Of a stretch of DNA of 64,000 bases, positions 12,823 to 24,957 are shown in pieces. Made by a program: the position numbers and the translations under genes. The DNA comes from Adineta vaga (lineage: Eukaryota > Animalia > Rotifera). The notes under the pieces were generated by a model, which made no database searches, was not told the origin of the DNA, and saw only the letters and a list, made by a program, of their open reading frames with translations. Location: NCBI GenBank assembly GCA_021613535.1, contig CP075494.1, positions 7,998,001 through 8,062,000 of the forward strand, in the 5' to 3' direction. Each line of letters opens with the position of its first letter. The first letter of the stretch is position 1.

Positions 12823-14609
12823 TTAATCCGTATGTTCATCATGAACAACATGAAATAATTTTTGTAAAGTAAGTGCAAATGAATTATATTTACGATTGAA
12901 ACTACTTGGTTTCTTTTTCCACATGACACCAAATACATAAGCAGGTATAGCAGTACCAAGAAGAATTAATGATGCTTTAATATTCTCAAGATCAGTCACA
13001 GCACTTGCAACAATTAATGTGACTAAAACTGCTATGAATAGAATTGGTATTGCTAATGGAATTTTTATTGGTCGTTCTCGATCGGGATGTTTATAACGAA
13101 GAACTATTAAACCAACTGCTGCCAATAAGATACCTACAATATATAATATATAAGTTATAATGAAATGAATGATATATATTATGTAATCATACATGTCCAA
13201 TTGATCATGCCAACACAAATAATTAACTGTCCGATATTCGACATAAAGAAAAGAAAGATAAAGCTAATTATAATTTCGAACATAATTGCAATCATTGGAA
13301 CATTTGTTTTATAATGGCGCATAGAGAATATAAATGGCATTAGACCATCGCGTCCAGCAACTAAAATACAATGTCAAATGATTTAATTTCGAAGTTAATG
13401 AATCAATCAAATCAACTTATTTACCATTAAACATTTGTACAACAGTAAAAATATTTCCCGATGCAGCTAAATATATTCATATTGATAATTAATAAATATA
13501 AATTCTCGAGAATACTCTACCTCCGACACAAGACATCGTTACACCAACTGGTATTAAATATAAAAGAAATGGAAATATTCTTTCAGCAAATGTTACTGCT
13601 GTTGCTTCAGAAATTAAAATATCATATGTTGATAGAGCTGTAAAATATGAACTGAATGTTAAAAAATAAATTAGAATACATAAGAAAAGGGATATGACAA
13701 TTGAACGTGGTAAAAGTCGTTTTGGATCTTTTAAATCATCGATAGCATTGTTCAAATAATTCCTAAAAAGAAAAAAAAGAGAAAATTTAGATAAGAGAAA
13801 AAGAACAGATGGTTCTACCATCCAGCATAGGGAAATAAACCAGCATATAATGCACTGGGAAGTTTATCGTATGTCGAACTTTCAAATGGTTCAGCAAAAT
13901 TTTCTACTCGACCAAGAAATATTCGATAAAATCCAGCACCGATAACAATCAATAATGAAGCTTAAAGAATTGAAAATAAACGAAAAACGGAAATGATCGA
14001 TTGTTATCTTACCGATTTTAAAATAATTACAAATTTGATGAAGTCGATTAGTCCAAACAGCTGATGTTAAATTAATAAATCCAACAATTAATAAAAGAAA
14101 TGAAGCTAAACATTTAACTAATAGATCTGGTGGTGTACATGTTTCATAAAACCAATACACTAGATAATTTGATGCAGTTAAAACACTCAACACAACAATC
14201 ATTGGTCGAGATAAAACAACTTCAATCCAAACACGAAGAAAACCAAGAAAATTACCAAATGCAACTCGTAAATATGTATAATCACCACCTGATGAAACAT
14301 AAGCACAACCAAGTTCAGCATAGCATAATGCACCCTAGAGAAAATTTCTGATTTGTAGTCTACATAATATTCATTACTTAATTGAATTACCATTATACAA
14401 AGTAATCCACAACCAATCCATACAACAATCGACAGACCATAAGAACCCGAATATTCTAAGACAGCTTTAGCACTAATAAAGATACCTGAACCAATAATAC
14501 AGGCTAGTAGTAGATTAATTGCATCCAAAAGACCCATCGTTGGTTGTCGATGAATCCCTTGAGATAGAGTTGGTACATTTGCCTTCGATCCATCTTTTGG
14601 TGAAGCCAT
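12823..14609 (-). CDS. SLC7/LAT-type (APC superfamily) amino acid transporter light chain, multi-exon
   Basis: IIGSGIFISAKAVL..SGSYGLSIVVW, GALCYAELG, GGDYTY, ALYAGLFPYAGWNYLN, LKDPKRLLPRSI, AVTFA and LRYKHPDRERPIKIPL are LAT-family motifs. Confidence 0.93.
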
Positions 14610-16448
14610 CTATAAAGAAGACAAAATGACATATACGAACGATCAGAATTAATTTTCTCATTGCTAAAATTTCTTAATAATTCTCTAGATTAGAAATCAT
14701 TTTTATCAGATTACATCTATTCTTTTTCACAATGTTATTGATGTTGATGATGATAGAAATAGAAGCAAAAGGAAGGCATATATTGAATGGATGGTAGACT
14801 GTTCGTTATTGACTAGCGTCTTTTTTTTTCCTTTTTTCCTCCCTACCCTACTAATTTCTACCGATTGCGTCTCGACACAAAACAAATGATGGCAGACAAA
14901 GTAGGCCACCAGCAAAGAAGAAGTCTGCTAAGAGAAAAAACCCATCGTTATCGATTGAAAGAAACAACATATCGTTCTTTTCCCAATGCCATCGTCTCCA
15001 ACAGTTCGTTCTATGGTGACTATCGATATATAATTCTTACTACTGATGTATTATGTTAGTTTATTTGTAAGATATAATGTCTGAAAGATTCATTGGTGTT
15101 CAATACGATTTAATCAATCAAATCATTGTAAGATGATCAATTTATAATATAAATAAACGATCGTAAGAAGAAGAAAAAAGCGTATATAAATAGAAATAGA
15201 TTATTACAAATATTGACGATCATACCAAATCCCCAGATATCAAAGCAAATAACAGTTTGATTTGATTCTTGACTATAAAATAAATGAAATATCTTCGTAT
15301 GTTATTCGAAACTGGCCTTGTTATAAAGAGAGAATGCAGACTATTGGGAATTATATTGATAAATATCAATTCAATGCGATTTAGAACCGAGGATTTGCGT
15401 TTTTTTTTTAATAAAATATACAACAAGACAAAATCTCTTTCAATTCAAGTCTCGTAACTGCTGAAAATACAGAAAGACAAAATGAATTATATATAATGAC
15501 TATGTATTAGATTTAATAAAAATGAATAAAAGACCTTGTGCTTTTGATATACAAAACGAACAGATGTATATTAGTACACGATTCGCTGACAAATGAGTGG
15601 TAAATGCTGATAAAACTTAAATCAATCAACACGAAAATCATCCATAACAGAAATGAAGAGTCAGGTGAATGAAACCTAAATAAAGTTTCGTCTAATTTAT
15701 GATGATCTGTTTCGAATTGAAATCTCGTTTCACTTATAAAAAGCGGTACAATCTTATATATGTTAAGTCATGTAACAGATGTATGAAAGCATGATTCCTG
15801 CTGAAGTATTCTTGATTCTTATGCTAACATGTTCAATAAATATTGAATAAATCTACACTTCATAATTGATAGTATCATCGTCAAATTGTAAAGATCCATG
15901 TTCTATCTCAGTGGATTGTTAGAAATCAGATAAGTTCATCTCTCTGCGATAATTCTATTTCGTCACTGTATTATCATCAATTCAGAGTTTTCTTTTCGTC
16001 GTTTATTGAACGGAAATTCTTATTTGAAGTATGTTGTATCCGGTTGTCATTGATGTTTATAGTCTCTGATCAAACACTCTTTCTTCTCATGAGAATAGTG
16101 TCGATGATCACCATCTATTAATCTATTGGAAAGCATTCAAACAAAAAAAAAGAAAAAAAGAAGAAGAAAAGAGTGACGCTAAAGATTCTCTAAAGAAAAA
16201 GATGATCAACTCGACTAGTTAGGAGTTTCTTTTTCTCACTACTACTAAACTGATTAGATTTTGTCATTTCATCCATCTCTTGAGATTTTCTCTTCTATTC
16301 TTAATCTTGACTAGGCATATGAAGGCAAGTGCAAACCGACGAATGGAATGTCTAATCTAATTTATTCAGCGCGATCTGAAGATGAAGGAAAAATGTCCAT
16401 TTATTTTGTTCATATTTAGTTTTTCTTGATTCTTATTAAAACACCAAC

Positions 16449-19400
16449 ATGTTTTCCTATCAACTGTTGATGATTTTTTCTACAATGGTTTTGTTCACAT
16501 CTTCACAATCGACAATATCAATTGGAATTATCGATGATAATGATTCTCCCCGTGGAGTTCTGAATATAGCCATACCAAATATAACCTTTTGTTATCACCA
16601 GGGTTTGATCTTACAAATCCGATGGATTAATCCATGGAAATCTTTATTAAATCTTCTCAATGAATTAGAAGTACGAGCAAATCAAACACATATATATCTT
16701 GCACGTATGGATCATTTTTCAACAAAATTAATTCAAGGTTTCTGTCAAACATATCGTCTTCCATTGGTAATCATGAATTCACAAGGAATTATTACCACAC
16801 CGTTTGTATTTCGTTCATATGTTTTCCTTTTTTTTTATCTTGTTCTCTTTCTTCCATAGATCATTTACTCAAACTTACTTTGTTATGCCAAATATTCTTC
16901 GTGTATTAATTAGCTATTTAAAATATCATTCCATACGAAAAATAGTTTACATCTATGATAATGAAGAAGCTAAACATCGCATCTATGAATTTCTTCAATT
17001 AGCAAATTATGATGAATATTTTAATAATTTCTCCTTAGATATTCGAACAACACGACATGAAGATGTTTATTCACTTCTCTATAGTCTTGATATACATTCG
17101 AATAATCGAGAACAACCACCAAAATATATTCTTCTCGATTTAGAATTATATGTTAATTATGAAAATATGTTCGAGAAAATTTCACATATGGGTTTGTATT
17201 TCGATGATTTCTTTTTCTCTTAGAAATTTAGAGGTAGAAGCAATCATTCGCGTTGAGCAGGACACTGTCTCAAGAATGAAACAGGATCGTTGGGAGGTGT
17301 AGATTTGAAAAACATCTCTTTTCTATCTTTTAGGTCTTACGAGTGATTTATATTATTATATATTGCTGTCGGGTTTTGATGTGTGTACTTGGATGCACAA
17401 AGTCAATTTAACCGGTCATTTAATCTACTTCGATTATCATCAACATGATTGTAAACTTGACGAACAACGATTTTCAACTTCTGATAATAAATCTTCATTC
17501 ATATCCAAATCGAAATATCATAATACATATTATCAAACCACATTAACATTTCGAAATGAAATTGATCGATCTAATTTAAGCAATTCGAATCGAATAGATT
17601 CTAATCAAGGATCAAATCTTGATAATACAAAAGATAATTCATGTCAAGATCAACTTACTCGAACATTAGAATATTTTTCCTATTCATATTTTCTTTCTCA
17701 AATACCGAAATCATCACAAATGCGTGCTCGTTCTTTGTATGATGCATTTAATTTTATTCTACGTATACTCAATTCGAATATAATGGATTGTAGAACATTA
17801 CGTTTAAAACAAATGAAAACAAAAACATTTAAACCAAGTTTAACTGATATAGATATTTATACAATAAGAAAGCCGAGAAAACATCCGATTGAATTGACTG
17901 GAAGATATTCTGCTGAACATGATGATTATCGTCCCTGTCTCGTGGATAAACGAAAAGAATCTGGAAAAAAAGAACGAGAATCATCATCGAGAACTTATTA
18001 TATTACAAGTATTTTCGATGAACCATTTCTTATGTTACGTAAACGAACAGTTTTACATACGAAATATAGTCAACCACAAGCAGATTTAAAAGAATTACGT
18101 GGTCATGTATTTGATTTTCCTGAATTGGAAGGTTTTTGTGTTGATTTGGCAGAAAAAGTGTGTTCAATTTTAAATATTACATGTAAATTTCGTATCGTTC
18201 AAGATGGAGGTTTTGGAAGTAAAAATTCTTCGACAGGCATTTGGAATGGTATGAAAGATAACAATATTTTCATTCAATTTGAATAGTTTCGTTCGTTAAG
18301 GAATGGTTGGTGACATTGTAGCTCGTACAGCAGATATGGCAATTGCTCCATTAACAATCAGTCAAGTACGCATGGAAGCAGTCGATTTCAGTAAACCATT
18401 CATGAATCTAGGCATTTCAATTATGGTATGTATTAGATAAAAACAACACGCGTATACTATAATAACACTTGTTTTATAGATTCGAAAACCTGATGCTCAA
18501 AAACCAGGTGTTTTCTCATTTATGCATCCAGTTTCTATGGAAGTTTGGTTATGTTTTTCATTAGCATATGTTGCTGTTAGTGTTGTTTTGTTTCTTACAT
18601 CACGTGTGGTGAATTCGTCTTGGCGTCGACGTGTAGTTCGACAACCATCTTATCGAACATATACTTATCCGAAAAGTGTTAATGATAAACATAAAAGTGA
18701 AATGGAATTGAATCGTCAAAAACGAGATTCAATGGATTCACGACTCTCATCGGAAATAGCAGTGATGCCAGCACCGATAAAACCATCAATTCGTCGTCGA
18801 CATCATCATCGCGTACGACAACCAGTTTCGACAACAATCACCGAAGATATTAGAGATAAAAAATCACGTGAAAATGAATTAGAACAAACAGACATAGATT
18901 TATTTGGAATATCCAATGCATTATTTTTTTCATTTGCATCATTTATGAGACAATCGATTAATCTTGTACCTAAATCATTTTCGGGTCGTGTAGCTGCAAC
19001 ATCATGGTGGTGTTTTTCATTGATTTTTGTCTCATCATATACAGCTAATTTAGTGGCATTCTTAACTGTAGAGAAACTAGTAGCACCCATTGAAAGTGTA
19101 GAAGATTTAGGTATGTATATTTGTTTGGAAAGTATATCATGATTTTATTGTTCAATTGTTTTAGCTAAACAACATGATATTAAATATGGATCTGTAAGAA
19201 ATGGTACGACGTCGGCTTTCTTCGAAAAATCGAATGTTTCTGTTTTTCCACAAATGTGGGCAGCAATGCAACGAAATTCTGAGGAAGTATTTGTCGCTAC
19301 AAATGACGAAGGTGTAGCTAAAGTTCGAAATTCTAAAGGCAAATATGCTTTCTTTATCGAGTAAATATCGATTTTTATCATCGTGATTTTGAATAGAAAA

Positions 19401-20065
19401 GGATTTTCGACAATTTTAGATCAACAAAAAATGAATATGTCAATGAACGAGTGCCATGTGACACGATGAAAGTCGGTTCTGATTTAGATTCTAAAGGTTA
19501 TGGTATAGCTACAAGATTAGGTTCAGATTTAACTGAAGCAATCAATATGATTGTAACGAATCTTCGTGAATCAGGTTTTGTCGACAAATTAAAACAACGT
19601 TGGTGGTATGTTTAGATTTTGTCTCAAATTAATAATCATTGAGAAATACTTTATTTTATTTCAGGTATGAACGTTCAGAATGTTCGCTATCGTCGAAAGA
19701 TAAACGTTTTAGTGAACTAAGCCTTTCCAGTGTGACCGGTCTTTTTTATATATTTTTGTTTGGTATCATTGTTTCATGTACTATTGCATTTACGGAATTT
19801 TTAATAACTGCAAAATCCGAATCAGAAAAATTAGAAATTAGTTTTCGTGAAATTCTTCGTATTAAAATGATCGAGTATGTTTCTTTCAAAATGAAATTGA
19901 AGTTTATTTTGTTTTTAAATTAGAAATTTCATTGGTATTACAATAAATGCACAAAAACAAGTGGAATCTGATCGTGATGATACTGAATATACTTATGCAC
20001 CACCACAAGAAGATAATCAAATCAATGAAAATTATATACAACGTAAACCGCATAGTGATGTTTAG
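16449..20065 (+). CDS. Ionotropic glutamate receptor, AMPA/kainate-like (signal peptide, divergent ATD, S1, M1-M3, S2, M4), 8-9 exons
   Basis: [14 protein letters not shown]...[116 protein letters not shown]; ends ...HSDV*. Confidence 0.95.
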
Positions 20066-20459
20066 CTAATTCTTCTTTGTTTTCAAAAATAATAATTACG
20101 AATGATCATTTGACATGTCTATGTACGTTATCTCTGTTGTATTGTTTGAAGAATAAATATTTTGTAATTAACAAAAAAATCAATGATAAACTAATTATAT
20201 TCCAGTATCGTCAATTGAACGTAGGATATTTTCGATTAGAATTCATTTTTTGTTCTTTATATTTTTTAGGCCAAAACTTGTTTCAATTTGATTACTGTTG
20301 AAAGGACATCTTTACATAATAAAAACGACAATATCCATATAAATAGTCAAATTTGATAACGAATCGGCGATAAGATTTTTTTGCTTTTTTGCTATACATA
20401 ATATGTATATTCTTTCGTGTTCTATTATTTTTTTATAGAGTGTGATCTTAGTATAGTAA

Positions 20460-21095
20460 ATGTCGTTCATTAATCATCTATCAGACGTGACTAGTCTTCG
20501 TAATCAATACTGTGCTGTACGTCACGGCGAATCGGAAGCAAATGTAGCGCATCTTATTAGTAGTAATCCACAAATAGGAAATGAAATACATGGTCTTTCT
20601 CCAAATGGTCGAATACAAGTTGTAGAAAATACGAAATCATTTCTTCAGAATCATTCATTCAATAATTCATATATCATTATTTCAAGTGATTTTCGTCGGG
20701 CACGTGAAACAGCTGAAATACTTGCATCAAATCTTCCAGATTCTATTGAAAATAAACCAAATATTCAATTGGATTCACGTTTACGTGAACGTTTCTTTGG
20801 CATCTACGATGGCACAAGCGATGATAATTATCCTCTGATCTGGAAGACTGACGTAGATAATCCAATGAAAAATATTACTGATCAAGTAGAACCTGTGGAA
20901 AGTGTTCGAGAACGAACAACAGCTTTAATTAAAGAACTTGAAGAAAAATATGAAAATCAAACAATTTTTCTTGTTAGTCATGGTGATTCATTACAAATTT
21001 TACAAACAGCTTTTCAACGTCTACCCAACGCAAATGAACAACGATATTTAAAGCATTTAGAACGAGCAGAATTTCGACCTTTGATCCTTAAATAG
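20460..21095 (+). CDS. Histidine phosphatase (phosphoglycerate mutase-like) family protein, intronless
   Basis: RHG motif (AVRHGESEAN), GLSPNGRIQ, SSDFRRARETA, LRERFFG, ESVRER, LVSHGDSLQIL. Confidence 0.92.
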   Translation: MSFINHLSDVTSLRNQYCAVRHGESEANVAHLISSNPQIGNEIHGLSPNGRIQVVENTKSFLQNHSFNNSYIIISSDFRRARETAEILASNLPDSIENKPNIQLDSRLRERFFGIYDGTSDDNYPLIWKTDVDNPMKNITDQVEPVESVRERTTALIKELEEKYENQTIFLVSHGDSLQILQTAFQRLPNANEQRYLKHLERAEFRPLILK

Positions 21096-21764
21096 ATTAT
21101 AATTCAAACTATAGAAACATTATTGAATATGAACGAAAACAAAATTTTAGTACCAACTTTAACAATCCTATATTATTAAGCGTTGAATTTGTTTTGTAAA
21201 ATTACCTCAATAAACTTCAGTCATAGGTTATACATTGCCTTTGTTTATCGACATTTTTAATAAAACTACTGTAAAATGTTGAAATGATTGTAAACCAATA
21301 TTTTTCTCTTCTGTTAAGTAGAAACACAATGACAAATATTCTAAAAATGAACAACAAACGATATCAATGTGTGAAGTCACACATTCAATATGTACAATTC
21401 TCTGTGAGACTAGTCTATATTTAAACTTATTAATTACTTATTTATTTGTTTTTCTTCGTTAATATTCATCGTTCTGATCAAAAAATATACATGTGTATAC
21501 GAATCGGTAAATGATAAACGAAATATTTACCTTTAAAAGTAATATTATAGGTAGTAGTCATTCGTTTCATACTCGCCCATTTTTCACATTTTCTGATCTG
21601 TCTTATATACCTACACCTAGCTACTCACATCATCATCAATCAATATAATCATTGGTATGTTTATCAGATATGCACTTTTTATAGACATAGTTCGACGTAC
21701 AACATTGAAAAAAGAATGTGATTTTGTATTTAGAAAAAGTTGATTCTTTTCGATTTTCGCTATA

Positions 21765-23607
21765 ATGACAGATCTTTTCGAAGATCCAAGTAAAGTTCCT
21801 CTTGCAACATTTCTCATGCAAGTGTTTATCACGTTAGTTGTATGTAAAATTCTTGCGAAGTTACTTTCATTTATTCGACAACCTCAAGTTATTGGTCAGA
21901 TTATTGCTGGAATTATCTTTGGTCCTTCGATTCTCGGTTTGAAAGAGATAACAACATATTAAAAAAGAATAATTCTCTTGTTTATTTCGATAGGTAATAT
22001 TAGCGGATGGTCCGAAGCTATTTGGCCAAGTTCAAGTCTTCCAGTATTTCAACTCATTGCGAATTTGGGCTTAATTTTTTTCATGTTTTTCTTGGGACTT
22101 GAACTTGATTTAGAACAGATTAAAAAAAGTTGGAAAACTACAATACCAATAGCTTGCGCAAGTATCATCATTCCAGGTGAGTATCTTTACGTTATTTAAG
22201 AGAAAAAAAGTCATCAATGGATTATTGAAACAGTGGGTATTGGTTGTGCCGTTGCTTTATGGTTATCTGATATGAATGACAATTTTCATCCGAATCAAGC
22301 TGCGTTTATATTGTTTATTGGTAAGATGAAGATAAAATTCAAGATGAAAATATGAAACATCTATTAATGTAGCATCTGGTTTTGGTTTTTCTGCTTTTCC
22401 TGTTCTTGCTACCTTACTCAATGCAATGGATTTATTAAATAAACCAATTGGTATTCAAACAATTTCATTAGCTGCCGTGGAAGATATTGTCGTTTGGATA
22501 ATTTTAGCTATTGCCAGTGCATTTTCGTCAGGTGGTTCAGCACTTAAAGGTCTCTATACATTATTATTGACATTAGGTTTTATTGCAATTATGATTCTTA
22601 TCATTCGACCTATTCTCAAACGAGTTCACGGATATTATTTACGACGTAATAATGATACGAATGTTTATTTAGTTGTTGGATGTTTTTTATTACTTGTTGT
22701 TTCAGCATTTACGACAGAAGTTATGGGTAATAATTGATAAATATGTGAGAAAATAACGTTTATATTTAACACAGGTATTCATGCTTTCTTTGGTGCTTTT
22801 ATCAGTGGTTTATGTATTCCACGTAAAGGAGAATTAACAGATTTTCTAGGTGTACGAATCGAACTTATTATTGTCGAATTTTTCTTACCGTAAGACGATT
22901 CTCTTCAAGAGCAATTGAAATTATTCATTTTCTTTTATTTTAGTCTTTATTTTGCGAACAGTGGCCTTCAAACACAACTGAATTTACTCACATCCGGAAA
23001 AGTATGGTGGACATTAGTAGTTCTTCTGATTATTGCGTCAACCGCTAAGATAGTTCCTGTTTCATTGATGACAAAACTCTGTACGAAGAAACCTTGGTCT
23101 TATTGTTTTTCAATTGGTGTCTTAATGAATACACGTGGTATTGTACAATTAGTTGTTTTAAATATTGGTGTAGAACTGAAAGTTATTTCGCCAATTATTT
23201 TTGCATTATTTGTCTTAATGGCAACAATTTTGACATTTGCAACATCACCTATCTTGTATTTACTCTATCGAAAGAATTTTGACAGAAAAAAACTTTCAGC
23301 TCCTCATCTAGCCGAAGATCTACAACTTATTAGAGAAGCTGATGTAAATCCAAATGAAATGAGAGATTCAATTCAAACAATTTCTAATGATGAAATGGAG
23401 ATGGTGGAAAAAAACCGTAGTTCATCAGTTTTTATGACCCAAATGTCTAGAAATACATCTGTTGTTGGTCCACCTGTTACAATTGATGAAAGATTCAATT
23501 ATCCGGAAATTAATCCAAATTCAGATATTGAACAACTAGTAGTTATTGGTAATATTGTAACAATGCCAACATGTCCTCGACGAGTACCCACTATGACACA
23601 CTTTTAA
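21765..23607 (+). CDS. CPA2-family cation/H+ antiporter (KHA1/CHX-like), 6 exons
   Basis: RQPQVIGQIIAGIIFGPSILG, ANLGLIFFMFFLGLELD, SAFPVLA, GIHAFFGAFISGL, EFFLPLYFANSGLQT and GVLMNTRGIVQLVVLNIG...FALFVLMA; five GT-AG introns keep the frame. Confidence 0.93.
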
Positions 23608-23993
23608 ATGGATTACTTCATGACAGTATCCATTCAATTTTTTGTATTTATCCTTTTCGAAATAATCATTTTCAAAGATGACTATAATTAGAGAAAAAGA
23701 CGATCAATTCAAAAGAATAATATTTATTATATTCAATATATTCACGATTTTCATATAATTTTTCCCAATTTCTATACTTTCTATCATTTCTCTTTGAGTA
23801 GAAGACATTGACAGATACACAGGAAAAAAAAATATATGTAATAAGAAGAATTGCACGGAGACCATAAACACTAAAATACATGTTAATATTGTTCCCCAGT
23901 CAGTTCAGTATGATACACATAAACAAATAAACATAGACACACACGTACAGATAAAGAATTTTTATCTTTGCTCTTAAACAAATAAATAAGTTT

Positions 23994-24676
23994 TCAACGA
24001 AATTGAAAAACACTCGATGTTTTTTGTGGAACATGTTCTAAAGTTAAACTTTGAAACCATTCAGATGAATTATGATAATAATAACCTTGTAATTTCCCTG
24101 TACTTAATTGTAGACAAATATAATAGAAACCAGCAAAAGATGCACCTAGACAATAGAAAAGAAAACATCATGTCTATATCATCAATGAAAATCAATTCAT
24201 TTCAACACACCAGTTATATTTCGAACAGTATGATCAGGAACAAGAAAATGTTCTTTCCATCTCATGAAAACAAAATCTGAATTCACTCCACGTAGTAATT
24301 GATCATAATCAAATGAATCATTATTAAATGTGTCTACGTAAGGTAAGAATGCATCAAATTTACTCCAATGTTGTCGATCCACTTCTTCATCAGCTTCCCA
24401 TTTACGTGTTAGAAATGGATAACGTTTCGAGATGATTTCTGCATCGAAAAATGTCGATAATTTTGGATATTCATCAATTAAACCAGTAATTCCCAAATAT
24501 CCACATATATATGAACGTTCTAAATCTACATGATGGAAAATAACATCAACATTATAAGATTTGCCTTTCGATTTTTGATTGCCAGTAAACCGAGATGATG
24601 GACAGAGGATTGAAATATTTTTATTTGTTGTACCCAAATTCATATCGGAGAATTCCAATGAGCCTAATAGTTTCAT
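23994..24676 (-). CDS. GID4: GID4/Vid24 (CTLH complex Pro/N-degron receptor), 2 exons
   Basis: [80 protein letters not shown]|[26 protein letters not shown]. Confidence 0.96.
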
Positions 24677-24957
24677 TTTTTGTTTTGAAACTTGATTTGT
24701 GAATAAGGGACGGATATTTAGGCAATAAAGAAAAGAAATCAAAAAGAACAGAACAGAACAAATAAACAAAAACTAGGTAGAAGAAATAGAAAAATCACCA
24801 ATGAGATCTTTCCAATGAATAGAGGTCGCTAAGTTTCTGCATGAATAATCGAATATTCGTATTAATTCATTTATTAATATCAAAGTAGAAAATGTTGTCT
24901 AGATCTGTACACAAAATAAAACTAGAAAGGAGAAAACACATGATAAAATATTGAAAT

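Noticed and set aside
18900-18990. AvGluR1-type K+-selective glutamate receptor
   Set aside because: No TxVGYG signature; the pore and ligand-binding domain are AMPA/kainate-like.
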